A stretch of DNA of 32,000 bases from Candidatus Methanosuratincola verstraetei (GCA_049570475.1 CP186953.1:803847-835846), one strand, 5' to 3'; counted from the stretch's first letter, positions 12,981 to 21,396 are shown. The notes: generated from the sequence alone by a model not told the origin. Made by a program: numbers and translations.

Positions 12981-14310
12981 TCTCTTCGAAATGGTAAAGC
13001 AGGCCAAGGCTGCATCTTTGATCTTGGGGCAGACCGCCCCCGAGATCAAAAACAAGGCCCTTGTACTGGCTTCTGAATCAATATTGAAAAGGAAGAACGA
13101 AATACTATCATCGAATAAAAAGGACATAGAAAACGCCAAAGTGCTTCTCGAAAAAGGGGAGATATCTAAATCAATAATTGACAGACTAAAATTAGACGAG
13201 CCAAAGATCGAAGAGATCTCTAAGATGATCTCAAGCGTGGCAAAACTCAGGGATCCTGTTGGTCATGTTTTGTATTCTATTAAACTGGATGAACGCCTCG
13301 AGCTCTTCAAGGTCACCGTTCCTTTTGGGGTGGTGGTCTCAATATTTGAAAGCCGCCCTGATGCATTGCCACAAATCTCGTCCTTGTGCTTAAAATCAGG
13401 AAATTCCGTTATTCTCAAAGGCGGGGTTGAGGCTCTTGAATCTAACAGAAAGATTTTTGAGATCATTTCCGAATCATTTGTGGCCTCAGGTCTACCCGAA
13501 GGTTGTTTGCAGCTAGTCGAGGGCCGCGCGGCAATAAAGACTCTGCTTAAAATGGACGACATGATCGATCTGATTGTCCCTCGTGGAAGCAATGAGTTCG
13601 TAAGGTACATACAAGAAAACACGCGCATCCCTGTTCTTGGGCACTCATCTGGCATTTGTCATATCTTTGTAGATTCTGATGCTGACGTGCAGAAAGCTGT
13701 AAAGATTTGCGTCGACGCTCGCGTCCAATACCCTGCAGCCTGCAATTCAATGAAAATCCTTCTAGTGGACTCACACATTGCGCATATTTTCATCCCTTTA
13801 GTCGCTAAGGAGCTGATCGAAAAGGGGGTGCGAATAAAGGGCTGCCCCACAGCCTTCTCTATACTGTCAGCCCATGGGCTAAAAGCAGAGGCTGCTGACG
13901 AGAATGACTGGAGGACGGAATACCTCGACTTGACTCTTCCAATAAAGGTAGTTAGAGATCTTGACGAGGCAATTGCCCACATAAACAACTATGGATCAAA
14001 ACATACCGATGCAATAATTACAGAGAATATGGTAAAAGCCAAAAAATTCATCAGATCGGTCGACTCGTCATCAGTATTTCATAATGCCTCCACAAGGTTC
14101 AGCGACGGTTATAGGTATGGTTTGGGAGCAGAAGTGGGAATCAGCACAAACAAAATCCACGCGAGGGGTCCTGTTGGTCTGGAAGGATTGGTCACCACAA
14201 AATACATACTTATTGGCGACGGTCATGTTGTTTCTGACTATGTAGGGAAAGGGGCAAAGCCATTCCTGCATAAGGGAATTGACCGTGATTGGGAGGCTCG
14301 GTTGAAATGA
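12970..14310 (+). CDS. proA: Gamma-glutamyl phosphate reductase
   Basis: ESRPDA, ILKGG, catalytic-Cys region YPAACNSMKILLV, HTDAIIT and NASTRFSDGYRYGLGAEVGISTNKIHARGPVGLEGL. It overlaps the proB stop by 11 nt. Confidence 0.9.
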   Translation: MKNDLFEMVKQAKAASLILGQTAPEIKNKALVLASESILKRKNEILSSNKKDIENAKVLLEKGEISKSIIDRLKLDEPKIEEISKMISSVAKLRDPVGHVLYSIKLDERLELFKVTVPFGVVVSIFESRPDALPQISSLCLKSGNSVILKGGVEALESNRKIFEIISESFVASGLPEGCLQLVEGRAAIKTLLKMDDMIDLIVPRGSNEFVRYIQENTRIPVLGHSSGICHIFVDSDADVQKAVKICVDARVQYPAACNSMKILLVDSHIAHIFIPLVAKELIEKGVRIKGCPTAFSILSAHGLKAEAADENDWRTEYLDLTLPIKVVRDLDEAIAHINNYGSKHTDAIITENMVKAKKFIRSVDSSSVFHNASTRFSDGYRYGLGAEVGISTNKIHARGPVGLEGLVTTKYILIGDGHVVSDYVGKGAKPFLHKGIDRDWEARLK

Positions 14311-15119
14311 TTAGCAAAATCGGATTGATAGGATATGGGAAAATGGGCTCTTCCCTTGCATTAGGCGGGATCAAATCGGGCGCGATCAGAAAGGAGTCGA
14401 TGATCGTGTACGATCAAGACCGAGAAAGGACAAATGTCGCCGAAAAATTTGGTTTGAAAGTGGCCAGCTCATTAGCCGAGATATTCGAGTCTGAAGCCTT
14501 GATTTTGGCTGTAAAGCCCAAAGATCTGCCGGCCCTCTTGCAGGATAATCGTAGCAAAATTGTTGAGAAGTCGCCTCTACTCATATCCATTGTTGCCGGG
14601 ATCAGGGTGAAACACATGCTCTCATTTCTTGGCAATGCTCCCCTGAGGGTCATCCGCGTCATGCCAAACATAGCCGCAGCTGTCAATGAAGCGATGTCAG
14701 CTTTTTACGCAAACGAGTTTGTAAACAAAGATGATGTTGCTTTTGTGGAATCTCTTCTATCTAGCGTTGGAAAATCAATTCGCATAGAGAGTGAGGATGA
14801 ACTGGACACTATAACCGGAATCAGCGGGAGCGGTCCGGCGTATTTCGCCTTGATGATGAACATCTTGGAAAAGGTCGCAGTTGATAAGGGCCTGAGCGAA
14901 GACATGGCAAGGGTGCTTGCTGCACAAACTTGCCGCGGAGCCGCCACAATGGTTCTGAGCGGAGGATGCTCTCCCCTAGATCTGATAAAAATGGTCGCCT
15001 CCCCTGGCGGCACGACCGAAGAAGCCCTGCGGGTAATGGACGCCAAAGGATTTTCAGAGATCGTTGGCGAGGCCGTTTCAGCAGCAATCGAGAAATCCCG
15101 AAGAATGAATAGACCTTGA
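14307..15119 (+). CDS. proC: Pyrroline-5-carboxylate reductase
   Basis: IGLIGYGKMG dinucleotide fold, RVMPN and SPGGTTEEAL. ATGA start/stop overlap with proA, with GGGAGG about 10 nt upstream. Confidence 0.9.
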   Translation: MISKIGLIGYGKMGSSLALGGIKSGAIRKESMIVYDQDRERTNVAEKFGLKVASSLAEIFESEALILAVKPKDLPALLQDNRSKIVEKSPLLISIVAGIRVKHMLSFLGNAPLRVIRVMPNIAAAVNEAMSAFYANEFVNKDDVAFVESLLSSVGKSIRIESEDELDTITGISGSGPAYFALMMNILEKVAVDKGLSEDMARVLAAQTCRGAATMVLSGGCSPLDLIKMVASPGGTTEEALRVMDAKGFSEIVGEAVSAAIEKSRRMNRP

Positions 15120-15120
15120 A

Positions 15121-16377
15121 CTACTGCTCCTGTCCTGAAAACCTGAGAATAGCAACTACGCCACCAAAGGAATTCATCAGCATTTTCCCCTCATCCGTCT
15201 CCGTGGAAACGACTTCAACCTTTGCATTTGTTTTGTCTGCAAGTTCTGCGAGCTCTTCGATTATGCTTTTTTCTTCTTCGACTTCCATTGTTCCGCCGCA
15301 CTTTTCACAAATCTCTTTCCTTGACATTGTTGCGATCTGCTGTTTTGTGTAGGTGACCTCTTTGGTATTGCCGCATGCGATGCACCTTAGTTTAAAGCGC
15401 GTAGTCCCAAGGTCGGCTGAAAGAATGAGGGTCTTTACAGCCCCTTTTTCCAGCTTTTCGCGAACTTCCTTTTCACCATATGTGACTTGCCCGCTGTTCT
15501 TGGCAAGTAGGTAAAGGAAATCCTGCACGAGTTTTTTCTCCTTCAGAAATTCTACGTTCTTCAGTACATCCTTGGCCTTCTCGACAAGCTCATAAACGCC
15601 TGGCTCTTCGGTGTAGCTCAGATCCTCTACCGCAAGCACCTTGTCCTGAAGTTGATAGTGCAAAAAGTTCCCTTCGTAGAACTCATTCTTGGTAGGTCCA
15701 GGTCCGCCAATTATAATCCCCTTGAGGTTGGGTATTGGTAAGAAGATCTTTTCAGCGTGTTCTGCGACTCTTTTGTAAAATTCATGCGCTGCAATTTCGA
15801 CTATTCGCTGAAACCTCCTCGCGGATTGCCCTCCTGCGTCATGCTTGCTCGGGCTTCCTGAGGTGATCGTTTCTACAATTTCTATTCTTCTACCTTTCAA
15901 CAGCGCAAAGGTGGCATCGCTCCTGTCCATCACGAGTAATCCGTAGATTTCTTTCTCAACCAGCATCTCCTTGATTGGGTCAAGGTAAAATTTAGAATCG
16001 CACCTGTAAAGGAAAAGGCTTATTGGCTCGGGTGGTTCAATTACGTATGTTTCGATCTTTTCGGTCCCAGGTCCACCCCTAGGAATGGCCCCGCTAAATA
16101 TTACGAGGCCATTTTTCGGAGGGGTTCTGAACAGTTTTAATTTTTGGATTATGCTCTCTATCGCATCCTGAACATTTTTTCGAGTAGACTTAGATTTTAT
16201 GTTAGCTGAGGTTCCTAGCTCCTCTCTGAGGTTCGACATCGCATCCGATATCTGCCTATTGGGTGGAATGTACTGCGATATCAGCTCCGTCGCCTTTCCC
16301 TCTTTGGACTCCAGCTCCTCTATCAACTTCTTAAGCCTGTAAGTCTCAAGAGAGCTCCTTTCAGTGCTAGACAACAC
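15121..16377 (-). CDS. prf1: Peptide chain release factor aRF1
   Basis: NIKS motif (TSANIKSKS), GGQ motif (HDAGGQSARRF) and a C-terminal CxxC...CxxC insertion. GTG start. Confidence 0.92.
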   Translation of the reverse strand: MLSSTERSSLETYRLKKLIEELESKEGKATELISQYIPPNRQISDAMSNLREELGTSANIKSKSTRKNVQDAIESIIQKLKLFRTPPKNGLVIFSGAIPRGGPGTEKIETYVIEPPEPISLFLYRCDSKFYLDPIKEMLVEKEIYGLLVMDRSDATFALLKGRRIEIVETITSGSPSKHDAGGQSARRFQRIVEIAAHEFYKRVAEHAEKIFLPIPNLKGIIIGGPGPTKNEFYEGNFLHYQLQDKVLAVEDLSYTEEPGVYELVEKAKDVLKNVEFLKEKKLVQDFLYLLAKNSGQVTYGEKEVREKLEKGAVKTLILSADLGTTRFKLRCIACGNTKEVTYTKQQIATMSRKEICEKCGGTMEVEEEKSIIEELAELADKTNAKVEVVSTETDEGKMLMNSFGGVVAILRFSGQEQ

Positions 16378-16407
16378 TCGAACCTCGGAATCCGTGAATC
16401 CTTCAAA

Positions 16408-16417
16408 CCTTTATATA
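16408..16417 (+). promoter_or_regulatory. TATA box in the aRF1/pyrH divergent spacer
   Basis: CCTTTATATA is centred about 27 nt upstream of the pyrH GTG at 16441, which implies a leaderless or near-leaderless transcript. Confidence 0.4.
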
Positions 16418-16440
16418 ACTTATACTATTAAGTCTCATCG

Positions 16441-17136
16441 GTGCTCGCTTTGAAGATAACCATCAAGCTCAGCGGCCACGTTCTGTTTCCTACCTTCGAT
16501 AAGCAAGCAAGATTTTTGGAATACGCAGATATAGTCAAGGAGCTCGTTTCGAAGGGTCAAGAAGTGAATGTCGTAGTGGGTGGCGGAGCTCCTGCCAGGT
16601 ATTACATTCAAATGGCGAGACAACAAGGTGCTGACGAGTCCACGTGTGATTTTATTGGAATACAGATCGCCAATCTAAACGCAAAATTATTTTCTATAGC
16701 GTTGGGGGATATTGCGTGCCCTTTCGTTCCTACCAGCTATGAGGAGATGCAGAAGGCAAAGGAGACGGGTAAGGTAATTGTAATGGGCGGGCTCCAGCCA
16801 GGACAGTCCACTAATGCCGTAGCGTGCGTCTTGGCGGAATTCACGAATTCAAATTTGCTAATCAATACAACAACCGTTGATGGGGTCTACACCTCTGATC
16901 CAAGAAAAGATCCTAGCGCTAGGCGCCTGAGCAAAGTTTCTATTTCGGAACTGGGCAAAATTCTAGAGTCGATCGGCACAAGAGCCGGTGAATATGAGCT
17001 TCTTGATCCTGTGGCTCTCAGGATTATTCAAAGATCCAGGATTACCACAAAGATAATAGATGGGACAAACCCCATGAATATCCTAGCCGCTAGTGCTGAC
17101 TTGAAAGAGGGAATAGGCACGTTGATCGTCCCTTAA
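16441..17136 (+). CDS. pyrH: Uridylate (UMP) kinase, archaeal type
   Basis: Amino-acid kinase fold: KITIKLSGHV, VVVGGG, VMGG...PGQSTNAVA and VDGVYTSDPRKDP. GTG start. Confidence 0.85.
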   Translation: MLALKITIKLSGHVLFPTFDKQARFLEYADIVKELVSKGQEVNVVVGGGAPARYYIQMARQQGADESTCDFIGIQIANLNAKLFSIALGDIACPFVPTSYEEMQKAKETGKVIVMGGLQPGQSTNAVACVLAEFTNSNLLINTTTVDGVYTSDPRKDPSARRLSKVSISELGKILESIGTRAGEYELLDPVALRIIQRSRITTKIIDGTNPMNILAASADLKEGIGTLIVP

Positions 17137-17144
17137 AGGTGATT

Positions 17145-17375
17145 ATGGTGTCAAAGAAAAGCTATGAAGAAAAATGGGGTCCACATAGCCATTGCGTAAT
17201 TTGCGGTAATGCGATTCCCGAGGGCGAAAAATACTGCAGCGATATCTGCAAAAAGAAGTATGAAGAGGAGCTTAAGAAGGCAAGCCGCCAACAAAAAATC
17301 AGCTACATATTCATCGTCGCAATGGGCGCCCTTCTGGTCGCAATGTTCCTTCTGCCATATCTGTTCGGGCAATGA
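17145..17375 (+). CDS. Small Zn-ribbon protein with C-terminal TM helix (DUF2116-like)
   Basis: HCVICGNAI...YCSDICKK followed by a hydrophobic tail, IFIVAMGALLVAMFLLPYLF. It lies immediately downstream of pyrH. The start may be GTG 17139 or ATG 17145. Confidence 0.6.
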   Translation: MVSKKSYEEKWGPHSHCVICGNAIPEGEKYCSDICKKKYEEELKKASRQQKISYIFIVAMGALLVAMFLLPYLFGQ

Positions 17376-17450
17376 TCCTGCTGTGAATTCCCAGGAAAGA
17401 CCAGATTAGCCTTATGCTTAAATATTCCTGGGATTTCTTATCTTCCCTGG

Positions 17451-17554
17451 GCGGGGATCCCCTAGCCAGGTCAAAGGGGAAGGACTCAAGATCTCTAAGA
17501 TGGGTTATCCTTTGGCGAAGGCCTTCGTGGGTTCAAATCCCACTCCCCGCACCA
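17451..17554 (+). tRNA. tRNA-Leu (anticodon CAA) with 16-nt canonical intron, CCA encoded
   Basis: Acceptor GCGGGGA/UCCCCGC plus A73, and a long variable arm GGC-GAAG-GCC. The T arm is GUGGG-UUCAAAU-CCCAC. The anticodon arm AAGGA-CUCAAGA-UCCUU forms after removal of 17491-17506. Confidence 0.9.
17491..17506 (+). other. tRNA-Leu intron (position 37/38)
   Basis: BHB: CUCA (17485-17488) pairs with UGGG (17501-17504). The 3-nt bulges are AG|A and UU|A. The inner helix is UCU/AGA. Confidence 0.8.
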
Positions 17555-17565
17555 ATTTAAAAAAG

Positions 17566-17868
17566 CTATTTTTTGATCATAAATAAAAGCATTTTAAACC
17601 TCTTCGATGCATTTACTGCATGTGGCTTGTTCGCAGGGAGGATTATGGAATCTCCTTCGTCCAAGAGGTGTTTCTCTCCCTGGATTGTTATTTCAGCGTG
17701 CCCTTCAATGATTTGTATAAATGCATCGTAAGGGGCGGTGTGCTCGCTCAGCTTTTGCCCTTGGTCGAAAGCAAAAATTGTAAGGCTGCCGCAATCTTCG
17801 TCCAATAGCACGCTGCTCACAATACTATTGGTCTGATAGTTTACTAGCTCTTTGGTTTTGAATTTCAT
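17566..17868 (-). CDS. Cupin-domain protein
   Basis: A roughly 100-aa beta-barrel pattern: SEHTAPYDAFIQIIEGHAEITIQGEKHLLDEGDSIILPANKPHAV. Start at MKFKTKEL. Confidence 0.7.
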   Translation of the reverse strand: MKFKTKELVNYQTNSIVSSVLLDEDCGSLTIFAFDQGQKLSEHTAPYDAFIQIIEGHAEITIQGEKHLLDEGDSIILPANKPHAVNASKRFKMLLFMIKK

Positions 17869-17915
17869 GAATATCCGCCTCTGCGCCAAGAAATAAAAAA
17901 GTGAAACTCAGGAAA

Positions 17916-18221
17916 TCACTTGGTTTTGAGGTCTTTTATGAATGTATCAACGGGGACTGCGGGCATAGATAGTATTTTTACGGTGCCTCTTGAACCGAAC
18001 TCAGCAGATATTTTGTAAACAACTTCGTTGGACGGCGCTTCGATTATATTCACAAAGTCATATGGCCCCAGCGTCGCGAACTGGTGTATCATCTTAGCAC
18101 CCAGCGCCTCGATTTCCTTGTTGACCTCCTTGATCCTTTCGGGTTTTTCCTTTATTGTCTTCCTTCCTTCTGCTGTTAGGTTGGATAGAAGTACATAATA
18201 AGGCAAAACTGCCTCCTCCAT
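17916..18221 (-). CDS. GYD-domain protein
   Basis: YYVLLSNLTAEGRKTI...LGPYDFVNIIEAPSNE...GTVKILSMPAV matches the GYD family pattern. Confidence 0.7.
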   Translation of the reverse strand: MEEAVLPYYVLLSNLTAEGRKTIKEKPERIKEVNKEIEALGAKMIHQFATLGPYDFVNIIEAPSNEVVYKISAEFGSRGTVKILSMPAVPVDTFIKDLKTK

Positions 18222-18256
18222 TTCTATCTACTTCTAACGTTCTAATTAATTTTGGC

Positions 18257-19075
18257 TTACATTGAGTATGCTTCGACCAGATCTCTTGCGGTTATTATGC
18301 CCGATAGTTCTCCATCCTCTAAAACGGGTAGCCTCCTCACGTGCCTTGAGGCCATTAGCATGGCTGCCCTATGTATGCTCCAATCTGATTCGATAGTAAT
18401 CAATGGCGAAGAAGCGAACTTCTGCACCTCTTCTTCAAGAGAGACCTCCTTGTAAATCACCTTAGAAAGCAGATCCCTTTCGGTGAATATCCCCCACGGC
18501 TTGCCTTCCTTAGTTACTATTAACGATCCAATTCTTTCTTTCCCCATGATCTTTGCAGCGTCTAAAATTTTTTCATCAGGATCTACGGTCCTAACTTTTC
18601 TGGTCATGAAGTATTTTACCAAAACAGTAGTTTCGGGAGCCTCAGGCAGTGACTTTATGAGGTCTGATGCGGTCACAATTCCGACCGCCTTCCGATCTTC
18701 CGTCACTACCAACTTGCCTTTCTGCTTTATCATCGTTCTTGCAGCTTCCCTGATTGTAGCCTGCGGTCTTATGGTCACAAGTCTCGGTGAATATACATCA
18801 AAGACTCTTACCTCGCTTGGTTTTTTATCCGCGGCAATAACTCTTGTCAGAAGATCTCTTTCTGTGACTATCCCAAGCGGTCGTTCTTGCCCTCTAACAA
18901 GAAGGCTTCCTATGTGGTGCTCTCCCATTAATCTTGCGGCTTCAAGCATAGTCTTTTCCTGTTCAATGTATTTCAATTCCTTGCTCATTATCTCTGAGAC
19001 ATGTTTGTGCCTCTTGTACTCGCTGTATGCCACATCAATTACACTCGGGAATTCCTCTTTCAATGTCGTTTTCAT
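18257..19075 (-). CDS. CBS-domain protein (four tandem CBS repeats)
   Basis: Four repeats of the form hhh...G(I/V)(V/F)TERDLL. The ATG at 19075 is preceded by GGAGG. Confidence 0.8.
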   Translation of the reverse strand: MKTTLKEEFPSVIDVAYSEYKRHKHVSEIMSKELKYIEQEKTMLEAARLMGEHHIGSLLVRGQERPLGIVTERDLLTRVIAADKKPSEVRVFDVYSPRLVTIRPQATIREAARTMIKQKGKLVVTEDRKAVGIVTASDLIKSLPEAPETTVLVKYFMTRKVRTVDPDEKILDAAKIMGKERIGSLIVTKEGKPWGIFTERDLLSKVIYKEVSLEEEVQKFASSPLITIESDWSIHRAAMLMASRHVRRLPVLEDGELSGIITARDLVEAYSM

Positions 19076-19233
19076 AATCCCCTCCTGATTATACCTTAGA
19101 AACCGAAAATATAAAAAATTCCGAATAACCATTTATGGAAGTGCATTAGTATAGAAAAATTCTCGTCCTTTTTGTTTTCTTGTTCAATTTTTCTGCATTT
19201 TTTTTACTATCGACATCCTGTTAATGAAATGGG

Positions 19234-19797
19234 CTAGTTTATGTTTGCTGATCTTTCGCTTCTGATGAAAGCTTCGATGAGCCATGGAAGCGTTAATAGT
19301 GAAGAAATCAATTCTGGCACTGCTGCGCCTGGAAAAGCAACATTGTTAAAATGTAGCCACCAAAACGGAACAGCCAACAGAATTAACAAAGCCAAGCGAC
19401 TCTTGGTCTCATAGAAATAGGAAAGTCCTGTTAAGAGCAAAAGCAGGAACAGCAATATTGAGACGTAAAAATGGATCCTGCCATAATTCTCGCAGAAAAC
19501 TCCTACCAATTGAAGCGAAGCGCCTGTTAGGGCTAAAAATTTTGCAGTGAGAGGGGTTTTGATATTGAATCCTTTTATGCTGTATGCAAAAATTAGAAGT
19601 CCTGATATTAGCAATCCTCCATTAAAAAATGGCGCCGAGGGATTTCTTAGATTTCCTAGGTCACTAAGTGCATTTTCTAACCAATTGAACCATGGCGAAA
19701 TTGATATTGAAATGAATATTGTTGAGTAAATAGAGGCTACTGCCAGCGGTCCTGTATAACTCCATTTCAATGCATTCGCCTGCCTTTTTCGGGTCAT
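19234..19797 (-). CDS. Polytopic membrane protein (DUF998-like)
   Basis: About six hydrophobic segments, with an ISPWFNWLENALSDLG motif near the N-terminus. The function is unknown. Confidence 0.6.
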   Translation of the reverse strand: MTRKRQANALKWSYTGPLAVASIYSTIFISISISPWFNWLENALSDLGNLRNPSAPFFNGGLLISGLLIFAYSIKGFNIKTPLTAKFLALTGASLQLVGVFCENYGRIHFYVSILLFLLLLLTGLSYFYETKSRLALLILLAVPFWWLHFNNVAFPGAAVPELISSLLTLPWLIEAFIRSERSANIN

Positions 19798-19882
19798 TAT
19801 ATTTGAATGCTTCTTTTGTTTTTATAACGGTTATTGGCCTTGCAAAAAATTAATTAACCTTATGTGACGGTTAGATATCGGC

Positions 19883-19980
19883 GCCTCAGTGGCTCAGCCT
19901 GGTAGAGCACCGCCTTGGTAAGTTGGCGATATGACCCAAATAGGCGGTGGTCGCGGGTTCAAACCCCGCCTGAGGCTCCA
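19883..19980 (+). tRNA. tRNA-Thr (anticodon GGU) with 21-nt canonical intron, CCA encoded
   Basis: GCCUCAG-UG-GCUC-AGCCUGGUA-GAGC-A-CCGCC-UUGGUA[intron]A-GGCGG-UGGUC-GCGGG-UUCAAAC-CCCGC-CUGAGGC-U-CCA. Confidence 0.9.
19921..19941 (+). other. tRNA-Thr intron (position 37/38)
   Basis: BHB: UUGG (19915-19918) pairs with CCAA (19936-19939). The bulges are UA|A and AU|A. The inner helix is GUUG/UGAC. Confidence 0.8.
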
Positions 19981-20048
19981 TGATTAACACAAAAAATCTG
20001 GGCAGTTAACGTGAACTTTTCTCAAGCTCAGAGATGCGCCAAATTAGG

Positions 20049-20056
20049 TTTATATA
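20049..20056 (+). promoter_or_regulatory. TATA box of tRNA-Trp
   Basis: TTTATATA lies about 30 nt upstream of tRNA position 1. Confidence 0.45.
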
Positions 20057-20112
20057 ATCCTGTTTATTTTCTCTGGATTTGGTGGGGCTGTGGTCTAGCA
20101 CGGTATGACGGC

Positions 20113-20142
20113 AAGGCGAAGGGGAAACCCTCGCCTCGTTAA
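20113..20142 (+). other. tRNA-Trp intron 1 (30 nt, non-canonical position 28/29)
   Basis: GACG (20107-20110) pairs with CGUU (20137-20140). The 3-nt bulges are GC|A and AA|G. The 6-bp inner helix is AGGCGA (20114-20119) / UCGCCU (20131-20136), capped by GGG-GAAA-CCC. Confidence 0.75.
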
Positions 20143-20151
20143 GGGCTCCAG

Positions 20152-20215
20152 AGGCTTCATAGAAGAAAATATGACCTTTAGGGATGATTTTCTTCTGGAG
20201 CGGCTAGGCGGGGAA
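20152..20215 (+). other. tRNA-Trp intron 2 (64 nt, canonical position 37/38)
   Basis: CUCC (20146-20149) pairs with GGGG (20210-20213). The bulges are AG|A and AA|A. There is an internal perfect 10-bp helix, 20161-20170 / 20187-20196. Confidence 0.75.
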
Positions 20216-20271
20216 ACCCGCATGTCGGGGGTTCAAGTCCCTCCAGCCCCACTAAATGTTTACGAGCCATT

Positions 20272-21396
20272 TTAGCCGACAATGTTCTCTTGAAGTACTT
20301 CGAAAGCCTCAGGAGTTAACAAACCTCTCTCTATGTCTTTTTTGTATTCCTCCTCTGCAAACTGCTTCTTTTTCATGCTTAGCGAAATCAGGCTCTCTTT
20401 AACAGAAGGGTCCACGTCTGAACATTCGATGTATTTCCCTCTTATTGCTCTGTTTACTAGCTCTTCTCCAACTTTTGATCTAATGATCAACAAAGACCAG
20501 TCAGGCGCGACCCCTTCTACCCTCCCTACCGAAACATCAGAAACCAATCCTGTGAGATCTTGGCAAGTTTTACAACCCTCTCTTACACGTTCCCAAATTT
20601 CTTTCATTGGGATCTTGATCCTATTGGAACTAAGGTTAACATTAAACTCCGAGTCCAGCTCAATGCTTCTGATTTTGGCCTTGTCTATTCCCTTCTCCTG
20701 AAGGCTTTCGACAAGATCCTTTAGTGAAGAGATGCTCCAAAGACAGAAAAGGCTGATGAGAGGACCTAGCTCATCGCTCGATTTGTGACCAAATATTTGC
20801 AGCTTTCTCATGGCTATCATGTGGCAGGGGACTCCCACAAATGCTACTCTGGAACCTGAATATCCTTTAATCAATGAGTCAAATGCTTTGGCGACCGCCG
20901 CTGGATGAAAATCCAAACTTAGCATAGACGGTAGAAAGTCGCTTATTGGAGGAACCTTTTGCTTGAAGTGGGCCTTCATGTCCCCTAGCCTCTTTGTTTC
21001 AGATGCCACCACAGCATCTACAAGGCCCTCTTCAAGCGCGCAAAGGGATAGCGATGTCGCAACGCCCCCGCTTCCTGTGAGTTCCCTTATGTCGCTGAAC
21101 GTACTGCGTGCAATTTTTATCGAATAAAACCTCCCTATTCCGGGAATGAAGTTCGTTCCTTTGGAGAAATCATCAAAAACCTTCTGGATGTTAGGTCCCG
21201 TGTGAGGGCATATGTCATAGCATATCCTGCACTCCGGGACTATTTCATTACAATCGTAAACCTGTGAGTTGTTTGTCTCTGTTATTTCAATCGCATTCAT
21301 CGGACAGGCTACCTCGCATGCCCCGCATAAGGTACAGATCTCGCTATTGATGATCTTTTTTTGGAGTTGTTGGTAGCCATTGAAACAAAATTCCAT
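20272..21396 (-). CDS. FrhB/FdhB-family (F420-binding beta-subunit-like) iron-sulfur protein
   Basis: The N-terminus has 2x[4Fe-4S] ferredoxin motifs (CTLCGACEVACP, CRICYDICP). These are followed by an FrhB-like body (GGVATSL..., VAFVGVPCHM). Confidence 0.7.
   Translation of the reverse strand: MEFCFNGYQQLQKKIINSEICTLCGACEVACPMNAIEITETNNSQVYDCNEIVPECRICYDICPHTGPNIQKVFDDFSKGTNFIPGIGRFYSIKIARSTFSDIRELTGSGGVATSLSLCALEEGLVDAVVASETKRLGDMKAHFKQKVPPISDFLPSMLSLDFHPAAVAKAFDSLIKGYSGSRVAFVGVPCHMIAMRKLQIFGHKSSDELGPLISLFCLWSISSLKDLVESLQEKGIDKAKIRSIELDSEFNVNLSSNRIKIPMKEIWERVREGCKTCQDLTGLVSDVSVGRVEGVAPDWSLLIIRSKVGEELVNRAIRGKYIECSDVDPSVKESLISLSMKKKQFAEEEYKKDIERGLLTPEAFEVLQENIVG

Larger units (their letters stand above)
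20084..20251 (+). tRNA. tRNA-Trp (anticodon CCA) with two introns, CCA end not encoded
   Basis: Acceptor GGGGCUG/CAGCCCC plus A73, D arm GUCU-AGCACGGUA-UGAC and T arm GGGGG-UUCAAGU-CCCUC. Removing 20113-20142 and 20152-20215 yields the anticodon arm GCGGG-CUCCAGA-CCCGC, the variable loop AUGUC and a 74-nt mature tRNA. Confidence 0.85.

Noticed and set aside
17389-17433. 8-bp inverted repeat TCCCAGGA / TCCTGGGA bracketing the tRNA-Leu TATA box.
   Set aside because: The stem is short and the loop is 29 nt. It could be an operator or 3' structure of the upstream gene, but 8 bp is within chance expectation, so I list it only here.
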